A stretch of DNA of 64,000 nt from Thermostichus sp. DRC_bins_24 (GCA_039794845.1 JAUQVK010000077.1:1-64000); one strand, 5' to 3'; numbered from the stretch's first letter, positions 28,271 to 38,188 are shown. Notes: generated by a model not told the origin, from the letters alone. Numbers and translations: made by a program.

Positions 28271-29086
28271 ATGGATCTGCACAACCTGGACACCTATATT
28301 CGCCCCCAACAGCTTGAGGATCTGCCCCCTTGGGATCCCGGCTGGAGCTGGTTGGCCGGAGGGACTTGGCTCTTTTCGCAGCCGCAACCCCACCTGCGGG
28401 GATTGGTGGATTTGCAACCCCTAGGTTGGGATGAGCTGGAGATTCGTCCAGAGGGGTTGACCCTAGGGGCTACCTGCACCTTCGAGCGTTTGCTCCGACA
28501 AGCGTGGCCACCCGATTGGCCGGGGATCCGTGCCCTATGTGAGGGAATCGCTTCGCTGGCCTCCTTTAAGGTGGCCCATTGTGCGACGGTAGGGGGCAAT
28601 GTCTGTCTGGCCCTGACGGTGGGGGTGATGGCCCCAATCTTGATTGCCCTCGAGGCCACTTATGAGCTGATCCGTCCTCAGGGATCCCGGCAAGCCCTGC
28701 GCCAAATCCCAGCCAGTCACTTTCAAACCGGCCCCCAACAGACCCTCTTGCAACCGGGGGAGGCCTTACGGCGAATCCACATTCCGGCCCACCGCTTGCA
28801 GGGTCCCAGCTCTTTTCAGCGCCTGGGTCTGGCCCAAACAGATCCGGCGGTGGTGATCGTGGTGGGCACTCGGGATCCCCGTTCTGGGGAATACATCTTC
28901 GGTCTCAATGGGGCGGTCGCCGTCCCCCAAGCTCTGCGGATCCCATCCCTTGAGGATCCCACCCTTATTCCACAACTTCTGCAGGAGCAGATTCACGGCT
29001 GGATCGAGGATTTTCGTGCCAGCCGCCTCTACCGCCAACGCATGAGCGAGGTACTGATCCGGCGGTGCCTGGCAGATTTGGGTTAG
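28271..29086 (+). CDS. Molybdopterin/xanthine dehydrogenase FAD-binding (medium) subunit
   Basis: LAGGTWLF and ATVGGNVC motifs with C-terminal RASRLYRQRM. Confidence 0.8.
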   Translation: MDLHNLDTYIRPQQLEDLPPWDPGWSWLAGGTWLFSQPQPHLRGLVDLQPLGWDELEIRPEGLTLGATCTFERLLRQAWPPDWPGIRALCEGIASLASFKVAHCATVGGNVCLALTVGVMAPILIALEATYELIRPQGSRQALRQIPASHFQTGPQQTLLQPGEALRRIHIPAHRLQGPSSFQRLGLAQTDPAVVIVVGTRDPRSGEYIFGLNGAVAVPQALRIPSLEDPTLIPQLLQEQIHGWIEDFRASRLYRQRMSEVLIRRCLADLG

Positions 29087-29949
29087 TCAGGGTGTTGACC
29101 CATTCCCGCTGGGGGTTGGGAGCGCCGTACCCATCCTGCCACCGCCAGCAAGGTAAGCAAATAGGGCAGTGCCAGCAGAAAATCTCTGGGCAGAGGCAGG
29201 GTTAGGGCTTGGGCTTGCAGTTGCAAAGCCTGAGCCGCCCCAAAACAGAGGGCCGCAGCCAGGGTACCCAAAGGGTGCCAATTGCCGCAGATCAACGCTG
29301 CCAATGCGATGAACCCACGCCCTGCCGTCATCTGCTGCACAAACATCGAAAGTTCCCCGATGGAGAGGTAGGCTCCCCCCCAGCCCGCCAAAACCCCGGC
29401 CACCAACAGGGCAATGTAGCGGTAACGCTCAACGGGCACCCCGGCACTGGCGGCAGCTCGAGGATGTTCCCCCACCGCCAAGGCCCTCAGCCCCCAGCGG
29501 GTTTGGTAGAAAAAAACCTGCACCCCCAACACCAGCAGCCCGGCCAGCGGCACCAATAGGTTCAGCCCACCCGCCAAGGTTGGCAACTTGGGTACCATCG
29601 GTGAGGTTCCTGCCACTCCCCAAATGCTCTGCAGGAGGAAATTGGGCAAACTCAGGGCCAACAGGTTCAACCCAGCCCCCGCCACAATCGCATCCGCCCG
29701 CAAGCCCACACACCAAATCGCGTGTAATGCCGCCGCCAACATCCCACACAATCCCCCTGCCAGCAGCCCCCAGTAGGGATTCTGGCTGAGGTGGCTGCCC
29801 CAGGCCGCTCCAAAAGCCCCCAGCAGTATGTAACCCTCTAGGGCAATGTTCATGATGCCCACACGCTCCGAGAGCAAGCCCGCCATCCCTGCCCAAATCA
29901 GGGGAGTGGCCATGCGCATCGTCGCCAGCAAAAAGGGAAAAAACAGCAC
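29083..29949 (-). CDS. Nucleoside/sugar (BMP-type) ABC transporter permease 2
   Basis: ATPLIWAG..SERVGIMNIALEG, AVGEHPRAA..AG and AGRGFIALAALI motifs. Confidence 0.9.
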   Translation of the reverse strand: MLFFPFLLATMRMATPLIWAGMAGLLSERVGIMNIALEGYILLGAFGAAWGSHLSQNPYWGLLAGGLCGMLAAALHAIWCVGLRADAIVAGAGLNLLALSLPNFLLQSIWGVAGTSPMVPKLPTLAGGLNLLVPLAGLLVLGVQVFFYQTRWGLRALAVGEHPRAAASAGVPVERYRYIALLVAGVLAGWGGAYLSIGELSMFVQQMTAGRGFIALAALICGNWHPLGTLAAALCFGAAQALQLQAQALTLPLPRDFLLALPYLLTLLAVAGWVRRSQPPAGMGQHPD

Positions 29950-30078
29950 GGGATCCCGCCAATGATGGTTCCAGAGTTACCGCAGGGATCCCGCCGCAAA
30001 AAGTGACAAAAACAACCGTTTGCCAAAGTTGCTAAAGGAATAATTCAATATCAACTTTTGCATCTGCAACGTGAACCT

Positions 30079-31113
30079 ATGCGTCGCCCACAGCTGTTTT
30101 CCCGATGGATCCAAGTGACTTCTGCTCTGCTTAGCCTGCTGTTGATGGGGGTCTTCCTGCAACCCGGGCTGGCCCAAGCACCCACTGGCGCAATTACCGT
30201 CACCATGGTTACCGACCAAGCCGGCTTGGGAGATCAAGGCTTTAACGATCTGGCCTGGGCTGGGCTGCAGAAGGCAGCGGCAGAACTGGGGGTGGAAGCC
30301 AAGTTCATCGAGTCGCGGGAGTTTGCCCAGTATGTGCCCAACTTAAGTGCTGCCGCCCGCACCAGTGAGCTGACGGTGGGGGTGGGGTTTTTGCTCACGG
30401 ATGCCATCGCTGAGGTGGCCAAGCAAAACCCGGATCGCAAGTTTGCCCTGATCGATGCGGTGGCCGAAGAGGGGGTCGACAACATTGCCTCGGTGGTGTT
30501 TCGGGAGCAGGAGGCATCCTTTCTGGCGGGGGTGGCTGCGGGCTTAATGAGCAAAAGTGGCAAGGTGGGGGCGATTGGTGGCATCGAAATTCCGCCGGTG
30601 GTGCGTTGGATCTCGGGTTTTCAGGCGGGGGTGAAAACCGCCAACCCCGAGGCGGAGGTGCTGGTGGGCTATGTGGGCAGCTTTGCCGATCCGGCCCAAG
30701 GAAAGGGCTTGGCCGAAGCCCAGATCGCCCAGGGGGCGGATATTTTGTTTGAAGTGGGGGGGTTGAGCGGCACGGGTGTGTTTGAGGCCGTCCGGGAGCG
30801 GGGGGCTGGCCTGTGGGTGATCGCCTCCGACAAAGACAAAAGCCAGTTGGCCCCAGACCATCAACTGGCGGCGGTGGCTAAGGCGGTGGACGTGGCGGTC
30901 TTCAGCCAGGTGGAAGCGGTTGCCAAAGGCACCTTTCAGGGGGGGATCCTCGACTTGGGCCTCAAAGAAGGGGGGATGGCCCTACTGACGCCCGGTAACA
31001 AAATTCCGGCAGCGGTGATGCAGCAGGTGCAAACCTACGAAGCTCAGATCGAGGCGGGAACCTTAGTCCCTCCCACCACCGCCGAAGAACTGGCCGCTTT
31101 CCAACTGCCTTGA
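30079..31113 (+). CDS. BMP family ABC substrate-binding protein (nucleoside/purine)
   Basis: GLGDQGFNDLAW, FREQEASFLAG and GSFADPAQG motifs with a signal peptide. Confidence 0.9.
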   Translation: MRRPQLFSRWIQVTSALLSLLLMGVFLQPGLAQAPTGAITVTMVTDQAGLGDQGFNDLAWAGLQKAAAELGVEAKFIESREFAQYVPNLSAAARTSELTVGVGFLLTDAIAEVAKQNPDRKFALIDAVAEEGVDNIASVVFREQEASFLAGVAAGLMSKSGKVGAIGGIEIPPVVRWISGFQAGVKTANPEAEVLVGYVGSFADPAQGKGLAEAQIAQGADILFEVGGLSGTGVFEAVRERGAGLWVIASDKDKSQLAPDHQLAAVAKAVDVAVFSQVEAVAKGTFQGGILDLGLKEGGMALLTPGNKIPAAVMQQVQTYEAQIEAGTLVPPTTAEELAAFQLP

Positions 31114-31143
31114 TCTGGATAAAGACCCGTTTGGAAGGCCCCC

Positions 31144-32679
31144 ATGCGGCAAGGGATCCCGGCTGCCGTTGAGATGAGCGGTATTGTCAAGCGCTTTGGC
31201 CCGGTGGTGGCCAATGCAGGCATTGATTTGCGGGTGGAAGCGGGGGAGATCCACGCCCTGTTGGGGGAGAACGGGGCCGGTAAGTCGACCCTGATGGCCA
31301 TTCTCTACGGCTTGGTGTCTCCCGATGCGGGCTCCATCCGGATCGATGGGATCCCGGTGCGCTTTCGCAACCCCCGCGATGCCGTGGCCGCCGGGCTGGG
31401 CATGGTACATCAGCATTTCATGTTGATCCCGCGATTTAGCGTGGCAGAAAACATCATTCTCGGCGCTGAGCCCCAAACAGGGATTCACCTCAATCGCCGT
31501 CAGGTTGTGGCCCAGGTGGAAGCGCTGATGCGCCAACAGGGGCTGTGGGTGGATCCCTGGGCGAAGGTGGAGGATCTGCCGGTGGGGATGCAACAGCGGG
31601 TGGAGTTGCTCAAGGCACTTTATCGGGGTAGCCGCATTTTGATTTTGGATGAGCCGACAGCTCTGTTAGCCCCAACCGAAGTGGAGGAGTTTTACCAAAT
31701 CCTGCGTCGCCTACAGGCCAACGGCCAAACCATCCTCTTCATCACCCACAAGCTACAGGAAGTGCTCACGGTGAGCGATCGGCTGACGGTGATTCGCCAG
31801 GGCCGAACCGTCGGCAGTTGTGCCAGTGCCGAGGCTACCCCCACCCAACTGGCGGAGATGATGGTGGGGCGCAGTGTTTCCCTGGGGGGGATGGTTGCTC
31901 CTGCCGCTGTCGGAGATCCCTTGCTTGAGGTGGAGCAGCTTTTGCTCAGATCTCAACCCACTCCAGAATCCGATACTGGGTACACCAAGCTAGGGATCCA
32001 ATTGCAGGTGCGCGCTGGCGAGATCGTCGGCATTTGCGGGGTGGAGGGCAACGGCCAAACCGAGTTGCTGGAGTTGCTCATGGGCCTCAGGCGCAGTCCT
32101 GTCGGCACCGTCAAGCTGCGAGGACAAGACATCAGCCGTGCTTCTCTTCTGGAAAGACGTCGGTTGGGGTTACGGACCATTCCGCCGGATCGACACCGGC
32201 AGGGGTTGGTACTGAATTTTTCCCTGTTGGAAAACCTGTTGCTCACCCATAGCGAAGATCCGCCGCTAGCCCGTCGGGTTCGCCTCAATTACGCCCTTGC
32301 CCAGACCGTAGCCCAAGAGCTGCTGCACCGGTTTGATGTGCGCGCCTCCTCAACCCGCCCACCCGCCCGCACCCTTTCCGGCGGCAACCAACAAAAGTGG
32401 ATCATTGCCCGGGAACTCTGGGGGGATCCCTGCCTGTTGCTAGCGGCCCAACCCACCCGGGGGCTGGATATTGGGGCGACGGAGTTTGTCCACGCCCGTT
32501 TACAGGAAACTCGGGATCGGGGCTGTGGTATCTTGCTGATTTCCTTCGATCTCGACGAAATTCTCGCCCTCAGCGACCGCCTCTTGGTGCTGTTTCAAGG
32601 ACAGATTGCAGGATCTTTTTCCCGGGGACAAGTTTCACGCCAAACCCTGGGCTTTCTCATGAGCGGGGGCCAGCCATGA
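31144..32679 (+). CDS. ABC transporter ATP-binding protein (double domain, CUT2/nucleoside type)
   Basis: GENGAGKST, MVHQHF, LSGGNQQK and QPTRGLD motifs. Confidence 0.92.
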   Translation: MRQGIPAAVEMSGIVKRFGPVVANAGIDLRVEAGEIHALLGENGAGKSTLMAILYGLVSPDAGSIRIDGIPVRFRNPRDAVAAGLGMVHQHFMLIPRFSVAENIILGAEPQTGIHLNRRQVVAQVEALMRQQGLWVDPWAKVEDLPVGMQQRVELLKALYRGSRILILDEPTALLAPTEVEEFYQILRRLQANGQTILFITHKLQEVLTVSDRLTVIRQGRTVGSCASAEATPTQLAEMMVGRSVSLGGMVAPAAVGDPLLEVEQLLLRSQPTPESDTGYTKLGIQLQVRAGEIVGICGVEGNGQTELLELLMGLRRSPVGTVKLRGQDISRASLLERRRLGLRTIPPDRHRQGLVLNFSLLENLLLTHSEDPPLARRVRLNYALAQTVAQELLHRFDVRASSTRPPARTLSGGNQQKWIIARELWGDPCLLLAAQPTRGLDIGATEFVHARLQETRDRGCGILLISFDLDEILALSDRLLVLFQGQIAGSFSRGQVSRQTLGFLMSGGQP

Positions 32680-33713
32680 AGGGAACACACTCGGCAGTCT
32701 TTCGGGATCCGCGGGTTTGGCTGCTGGCCACCTTCGCCGGAGCCTTCGGGATCGGGGCATTGCTGATCGCCTCTACCGGAGGGGATCCCTGGCTAGCCTA
32801 TCAGGCCCTGGTGCAAGGGGCTTTCGGTAGTGGGGTGGCCCTCAGTGAAACCTTGGTCAACGCTACTCCTCTGATTTTTGGGGGATTAGCCTTTGCTTTG
32901 GCTGCACGGGGAGGGCTGTTCAACATCGGCATCGAAGGGCAATTGGTGCTGGGTGGGTTGGTGGCTGGGTGGATCGGATCCCTGCCCTTGGGTTGGCCAC
33001 CTTTTTTGCATGTGCCTTTGAGCCTTGGGCTGGCCGCTCTGGCGGGAGGACTATGGGGTCTCTTGCCTGGGATCCTTAAAGCCCGCAATGGCACCCACGA
33101 GGTGATCACCACCATCATGCTCAACTACCTCAGTTTCCGCCTCACGGCCTATCTGGTGGGGCCGAGTGGGCCCCTGCGTTCGGGGCCGCTCCCGGCTACC
33201 GCTCCTCTGGTGGCGGCGGCGCGGTTGGATCCCTTGTGGTCGGGCACGCGCCTTAGTGGGGGATTGCTCTTGGCCTTGGGTTTGGCGGCTTGGGTTGGGT
33301 TCGGCCTGTTTCGCACCCGTGCCGGTTTTCGCCTGCGAACCGTGGGATCCAGTCCGGGGGCTGCACAGTATGCGGGAATTTCGGTGTCCAAGGTTTGGAT
33401 CGGGGCGATGGTGCTCAGCGGGGCCGTGGCGGGCATCGGCGGGGCCATTGAAGTCTTGGGGCTGCACTATCGCTACTATGACCAGTTCTCTCCTGGCTAC
33501 GGCTTTACGGCAATTGCCGTTGGCTTGGTGGGGAACAACCATCCCTGGGGGGTGGTGCTGGCGGGGCTCCTGTTTGGCGCTTTGAACAACGGAGCAACGG
33601 CAATGCAAACCCTAGCCAATACCCCCAAAGATCTGGTGCAGATTTTGCAGGCTTTGGTGATTTTCTCGGTGGCGGCAGTAGCGGGGCTAACCCGTGAACG
33701 AGGAGGAAAGTGA
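32676..33713 (+). CDS. Nucleoside ABC transporter permease 1
   Basis: GLFNIGIEGQ, HEVITTIMLN and GYGFTAIAV motifs. ATGA overlap with the ATPase stop. Confidence 0.9.
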   Translation: MKGTHSAVFRDPRVWLLATFAGAFGIGALLIASTGGDPWLAYQALVQGAFGSGVALSETLVNATPLIFGGLAFALAARGGLFNIGIEGQLVLGGLVAGWIGSLPLGWPPFLHVPLSLGLAALAGGLWGLLPGILKARNGTHEVITTIMLNYLSFRLTAYLVGPSGPLRSGPLPATAPLVAAARLDPLWSGTRLSGGLLLALGLAAWVGFGLFRTRAGFRLRTVGSSPGAAQYAGISVSKVWIGAMVLSGAVAGIGGAIEVLGLHYRYYDQFSPGYGFTAIAVGLVGNNHPWGVVLAGLLFGALNNGATAMQTLANTPKDLVQILQALVIFSVAAVAGLTRERGGK

Positions 33714-33881
33714 CGGCCTAATCTCCTCCCGATGCTAACCTTAACCCCACAGAGCTTGGAGAGGTCATACCGCCCTACTCCTTAGTTACTCATCAGTTAC
33801 TCATCCAGAGTTACTCATCCAGTAGCATACACACTTGTTATGAGTTTGTTACGAACTCGTTCCGAATGAGCTGAGCAGTTC

Positions 33882-33995
33882 TATGGTCACTCCAATCAAG
33901 AGCGATGCACTTTCCGGATCCCCTTTCCCAGAGCGGGAGAGGGGATCCGGCCGGTGCCACGCTGGGCGAAGGGGGTGAGGGAGCTGTTTCAGCAA
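33882..33995 (+). mobile_element. MITE family A copy (right end degenerate)
   Basis: TATGGTCACTCCAATCAAGAGCGATGCACTTT left end, hairpin at 33914-33950, then GGGGGTGAGGGAGCTGTTTCAGC. Confidence 0.7.
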
Positions 33996-34045
33996 TCTGG
34001 AATTCGGCCAAGAGAATACACCGGCGGTTCGGGCTATTTCCCCTT

Positions 34046-34447
34046 CTATTTCCGCTTCAGATTGCGGGCCATATTGCGGAAGGTATCCATGTCTGAACCC
34101 GCCTGACGGCGTGGGCTTGCTCCGCTGCTGCTACTACTTGAGGAAGAGGATCCCTGTTCAGAAGTAGCCACAGAAGTTTTGATTTCTTCTGTGCTAACCT
34201 TAACTTTCCCAAGGGAAGAAACTTGCTCTACAACCTCCACCTTTTCTGTGGCACCAAAATCCAGGAAAGTGTGCTTCACCGTTCTTGGGGTTCGCATGTA
34301 GTCGATATTGCCAAGGGTTTTCGCCTCATCCGGATCAAGGAAGAAGCTGTTGTCTTTCGACTTGGCTGCCTTAGAAGGAGAATTCTGTGTCGGTGAGGAC
34401 TCTGCTCCGCCACGAGAGCCGAAAAGACGCCTGAAAATACCCACCAT
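34046..34447 (-). CDS. Hypothetical cyanobacterial protein
   Basis: 133-aa ORF with FFLDPDEAKTLGNIDYMR and MDTFRNMAR blocks separated by low-complexity linkers. Confidence 0.7.
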   Translation of the reverse strand: MVGIFRRLFGSRGGAESSPTQNSPSKAAKSKDNSFFLDPDEAKTLGNIDYMRTPRTVKHTFLDFGATEKVEVVEQVSSLGKVKVSTEEIKTSVATSEQGSSSSSSSSSGASPRRQAGSDMDTFRNMARNLKRK

Positions 34448-34843
34448 TGTCCTATTACCTGCAATGCGAAAGATGGATAAAGCTGAGTTAGACCGTTGGA
34501 CACTGGACCGTCTGCCTCCGACATGGGATCCAAAGGCTGCGCCCGGTCATGAAATAATGTTAAGCCAATTTTGACCTACATGCCCCTTGCGTCTAAGGAG
34601 GCTTTCCTTCCCAGTCCCGCCTTCTCCTGTTGAGAACCATCTGGGAGGGATCGATCCCGATTCTCAACCTTTTGCAGACGATGGGGCCGCAGGTTCTCAG
34701 GGCTATTCAGCGAATTTGGGGAGCCTAGCCTCCCTTATCCATACATCTCCTCGGCCAGAAAATCCGTACAGACTCGCTTTTTTCAGCGTAGTTTGACACT
34801 TCATCATTCAGGGTAGAGGGTGGCATTTGACCCGGGAGGAGCC

Positions 34844-35011
34844 ATGACCATTCGATTGATTGTCGAGGAGATACTACAAACCCGCTGCTTCACTTCGCAG
34901 CATGACGACTTGATCCACCGTTTGTTATGCGACCGTTGCTTTGATGATGCCGACTTAAGAGCCCTGGGCTACCTGACCGAGATGATGATTCAGGGAGCCA
35001 TTGGCCGGTAA
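34844..35011 (+). CDS. Small hypothetical protein (55 aa)
   Basis: Strong GGAGGAG RBS before MTIRLIVEEILQT; resembles small cyanobacterial helical proteins. Confidence 0.6.
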   Translation: MTIRLIVEEILQTRCFTSQHDDLIHRLLCDRCFDDADLRALGYLTEMMIQGAIGR

Positions 35012-35882
35012 ACCTGCCCTCAACAACTTCAAAAGTCCAAAAGTCCTCTGGTGGCCGTACGGGAGGTTCCCAATGTCAACCACCTGATAGCCCCAGCGGA
35101 GCAGGATGAGGCAGAGAGCTCCCTCCACCAGGTTTCTGGGGGAGCCCAAAAGTTCAAGCATGATGACTCAAGCAAGCAAACTCCGGCAAATGGCCCAAGC
35201 TGCTCACCTATGCCCCTGGGGAGCATAATGCACCTCGATTTTAAGGGGGCTACCTAAACTCAAAGCCGCGCCGATACAGCGAGCCAAGATCTGAATCTCA
35301 AGCTGCAGGCTGAGCTGCCGATCCGCAGATTCTAGGTACTTTTTGTCTGCGTCTGTCAGGGGTAAAGGTTGTGCACTCATCACTTATCTTTATCAAAGCC
35401 TAGGTTTAATCGGAGACCGCTAGTCCGCCCTAATCTGGAGGGGCGTGGTGGGAAAAGGTTTTGATATCAACCTCAAGCTCAGACTAGAACACTCTACTCC
35501 TCGTTCGCGTCGGTGAGCTTACTGATTTAGCTGGCAGAAGGCCAACGGTTTCGTCAGGGCTGCTTGGCTTTTCATCAGGGATCCCACGGATAACGGGTAA
35601 CGAACCTAGGTCAGGGTTTTGAGGGATGGGGGAGGCCCGATGGGGAAAGAGGTTATCCTCCTACGACCTTCGGCGGAGCCGCTGCCCGTCGGGTGCCCTT
35701 CCAGGGGGATTTCTCCCAGAGCACAAGGATCCCAAGCCTTTTTCCCCCCTTTGGTCTACCATGGTTTCATGGGCTAAATCTCCCCTGCGTTTACCTGCTT
35801 AACTTGGTGTTCTTCACTGTGAGCCGAAGGCAGCCAAGCCACAGCCCTAGGGGTAATTGTTGTCAAGTTTTGAGAGGAATCC

Positions 35883-36293
35883 ATGTCTCCAGTCCTAAGC
35901 CTAGTGAAGCGCCTCCAGCTCATCCTCCTCAGCCTTGTTGTTGTGGTGGGAGCTGTGGTGTTTTTGTCTAACCCTGCTGCTGCCGAAACCTACACCGTCA
36001 AGATGGGATCCGACAAAGCTCAGCTGATTTTCGATCCGCCTTCTCTCACCATCAACCAAGGAGATACCGTTCAGTGGGTGAACAACAAGGTCTACCCCCA
36101 CAACGTCGTCTTCGATAAGGTGCCTGGTGGTGACGCGGCTTTGGCGGCCAAGCTCTCCCACAAAGCGCTGCTCACCGCTCCCAAGCAAGCGGTTGAATCT
36201 GTGTTTGCGGATGTTCCTCCGGGTGAGTACACCTACTACTGCACCCCCCACCGCGGTGCTGGCATGGTGGGCAAGATTATTGTGAACGGCTAG
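35883..36293 (+). CDS. petE: Plastocyanin precursor
   Basis: Signal peptide ending AAA-ETYTVKMG; Cu ligands in PHNVVF and YCTPHRGAGM. Confidence 0.95.
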   Translation: MSPVLSLVKRLQLILLSLVVVVGAVVFLSNPAAAETYTVKMGSDKAQLIFDPPSLTINQGDTVQWVNNKVYPHNVVFDKVPGGDAALAAKLSHKALLTAPKQAVESVFADVPPGEYTYYCTPHRGAGMVGKIIVNG

Positions 36294-36374
36294 TCCCCCA
36301 CTCTGGCAGCTGAACCTCGGAGATCCCGGCCTTACCTTGATGCCTGTAAAGTCCTACCTTTAGGATGAAGGGTG

Positions 36375-36402
36375 ACCCTCTCAGTGATGGGAGGGTTTTT
36401 TT
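36375..36402 (+). terminator. Rho-independent terminator after petE
   Basis: ACCCTCTC-agtgat-GGGAGGGT stem followed by a T-run. Confidence 0.75.
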
Positions 36403-36443
36403 GCGAATAAACCTCTGACTGTAGTACCCCGAACGAGTTCCCC

Positions 36444-36683
36444 ATGACCACCAGCATCAAAGGCTACTTGCTCCTGGCTGTTTCCTGCCTCAGCGCCATT
36501 GCCGCCGTCGGTTCTGTTTTTGAACTGGCCTCAGGTGAGCCGGATTTCGGCGTCGGTACCACCAGCATCATCTTGGTTGTCGCAGCTCCCTTGGCGGTTT
36601 GGCTGTTTCAGGCTGCAGTTGGGGCGGCACGGGCCAGCAACGCTAAGGCTGCTGGAAAGGGGGGCAAGAATAAGAAAAAATAG
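36444..36683 (+). CDS. Small two-TM membrane protein
   Basis: 79-aa ORF with two hydrophobic helices around AAVGSVFELASG and a basic tail. Confidence 0.7.
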   Translation: MTTSIKGYLLLAVSCLSAIAAVGSVFELASGEPDFGVGTTSIILVVAAPLAVWLFQAAVGAARASNAKAAGKGGKNKKK

Positions 36684-36994
36684 TTTGGAAAGGCTTGGTG
36701 TTTACAGCCCTTCCGCCAGTTACCCACAGCTGACCGGAAAATCGGGGAGCGTGGGAGGTGCGACGCAAGCCCCTACGCTTTAGATACGGGGTTGGTTGCA
36801 CCCCTCGTCAATGCTTGATGAGCAACGCGAATCCTTGTTAAGTTAAAACCCTCCAAACGTAGATGATACAATCACTTCTACTTCTATGCTCGATAGCAGA
36901 ATGTTCGCCACTTGCGCTCTGAGTAGCTGGAATACTTGACAAGTCGGTATTTCGGGGAAGACGAGGTGAAGGGCAATCAGCGAAGTGATAGGAG

Positions 36995-37610
36995 GTAGCG
37001 TCTTCCCGACGCTGACGGCTTACACAGTCGCGGGCTTTCCAAAAGCCCTTCAGTAGCCCTCCGGCTATCTCCTTCAACCCACAGGATAACCAGGAGCCTC
37101 CAGGCCGTATTACCGACAGCCCGATTATTTTGATAGGGTTGGCCCCGTTAAAAGCCCCATCCCCCTGCCAACCCCAATGCCCACACCCAAACCGCTTACC
37201 CCTCCGATAGAACTTATCGACATCCGGGTGAATACGCAGACATCGGTGGCACGTTTGACCGGTGTAGGCCGGATTGACCGCAACAACCTTCACACCCGCC
37301 CTCAAAGCCTTGTACTCAATGAACCCCCTCAACCGGTGGAACGCCCAACTGTTCAGCATTCCCCGTTGGTAATTGCCGATGGCCAACCCAAACCGCTCAC
37401 GCCCATCAACGGTGGTGAGTGAAACTGTGCTCGCCCGGCTCCGGCGAGCCGTCCGGTCTTTTTCCCGAAACGAGAAAATCCGACTTGACCGCTTTGACCG
37501 GGCGATGCTTTTGTTTGGCCACCTTCCGAGGACCGGCCACTCGCCTGCAAACCTGTTGGGCCAAGTTGCTCGACAGGCCAAAGTGAGCGCGAATCTCGTG
37601 GTAGCAAAGG
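36995..37610 (-). pseudogene. tnpB: Internally deleted, frameshifted IS200/IS605 tnpB with its right end
   Basis: LNSWAFHRLRGFIEYKA...VNPAYTGQTCHRC...FGCGHWGWQGDGAFNGA (decayed RuvC/Zn finger) is fused directly to the N-terminal segment. Right-end hairpin AAGCCCGCGAC...GTCGGG lies near 37000-37040. Confidence 0.85.
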
Positions 37611-37615
37611 GAAAG

Positions 37616-37750
37616 TATAGTCACTCCAAATACGACCAAATAAGAACGATACACTTTCTGACTCTCCTCCCCCTCCCTTTGGGAGAGCGGCCATGGCCGC
37701 TGCCATGTTGGGCGAAGGGGGTGAGGGTAGGTGTTGCAAACTCAATTCAT
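37616..37750 (+). mobile_element. MITE family A copy abutting and truncating the tnpB remnant
   Basis: TATAGTCACTCCAAATA...AAGAACGATACACTTT starts where similarity to the copy at 1-253 stops. Confidence 0.7.
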
Positions 37751-37882
37751 GGTGCTCCGCACCTTGCATAGCAAGATGGTGCTCCGCTATAGGTAACAGG
37801 GAGGAATTCCCTGGCTTCCGGCCACAGAGAGTTGCCAAGACTCTAGAATTGGAGCAGAATTGGAGCCTCAACCTCTCTGCCC

Positions 37883-38095
37883 TTAGCGGGTTTGCTTCAA
37901 AGAAACTTCCGATTCCATCTCGGGTTGGGCCAAGTGATGAAACTCCGGCAATAGCTCCCGCTTCTGCACCGTTCCAAGGGCCGACTCCAGCTCTGTGGTG
38001 GTTAAGGTGCAACTGGGGCCAGAGCCATTCAACACGGTCTCGGTAATTTGTCCGTTTTTGTCGATTCGATATTCCACTTTGACGTACTCGGACAT
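37883..38095 (-). CDS. DUF2997-like small protein
   Basis: VEYRIDKNGQITETVLNGSGPSC...LESALG...ELLPEF pattern. Confidence 0.75.
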   Translation of the reverse strand: MSEYVKVEYRIDKNGQITETVLNGSGPSCTLTTTELESALGTVQKRELLPEFHHLAQPEMESEVSLKQTR

Positions 38096-38188
38096 CCGCA
38101 CTCCACTCTCAATTGCTCAACAACCCGTTTCTCCTCATTCTAGTGCCCCCCTCACCCTTCCTTCGGCAGATCCTTGCTATGTCCCCCT

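Noticed and set aside
35415..35425. GAC-N5-GTC as a copper-regulator site for petE
   Set aside because: Only six specified bases and ~460 bp from the petE start, so it is expected by chance.
37353..38046. 219-aa, 132-aa and 117-aa ORFs across the tnpB/MITE junction
   Set aside because: They run across MITE and pseudogene sequence, show no recognisable motif and overlap the DUF2997-like gene.
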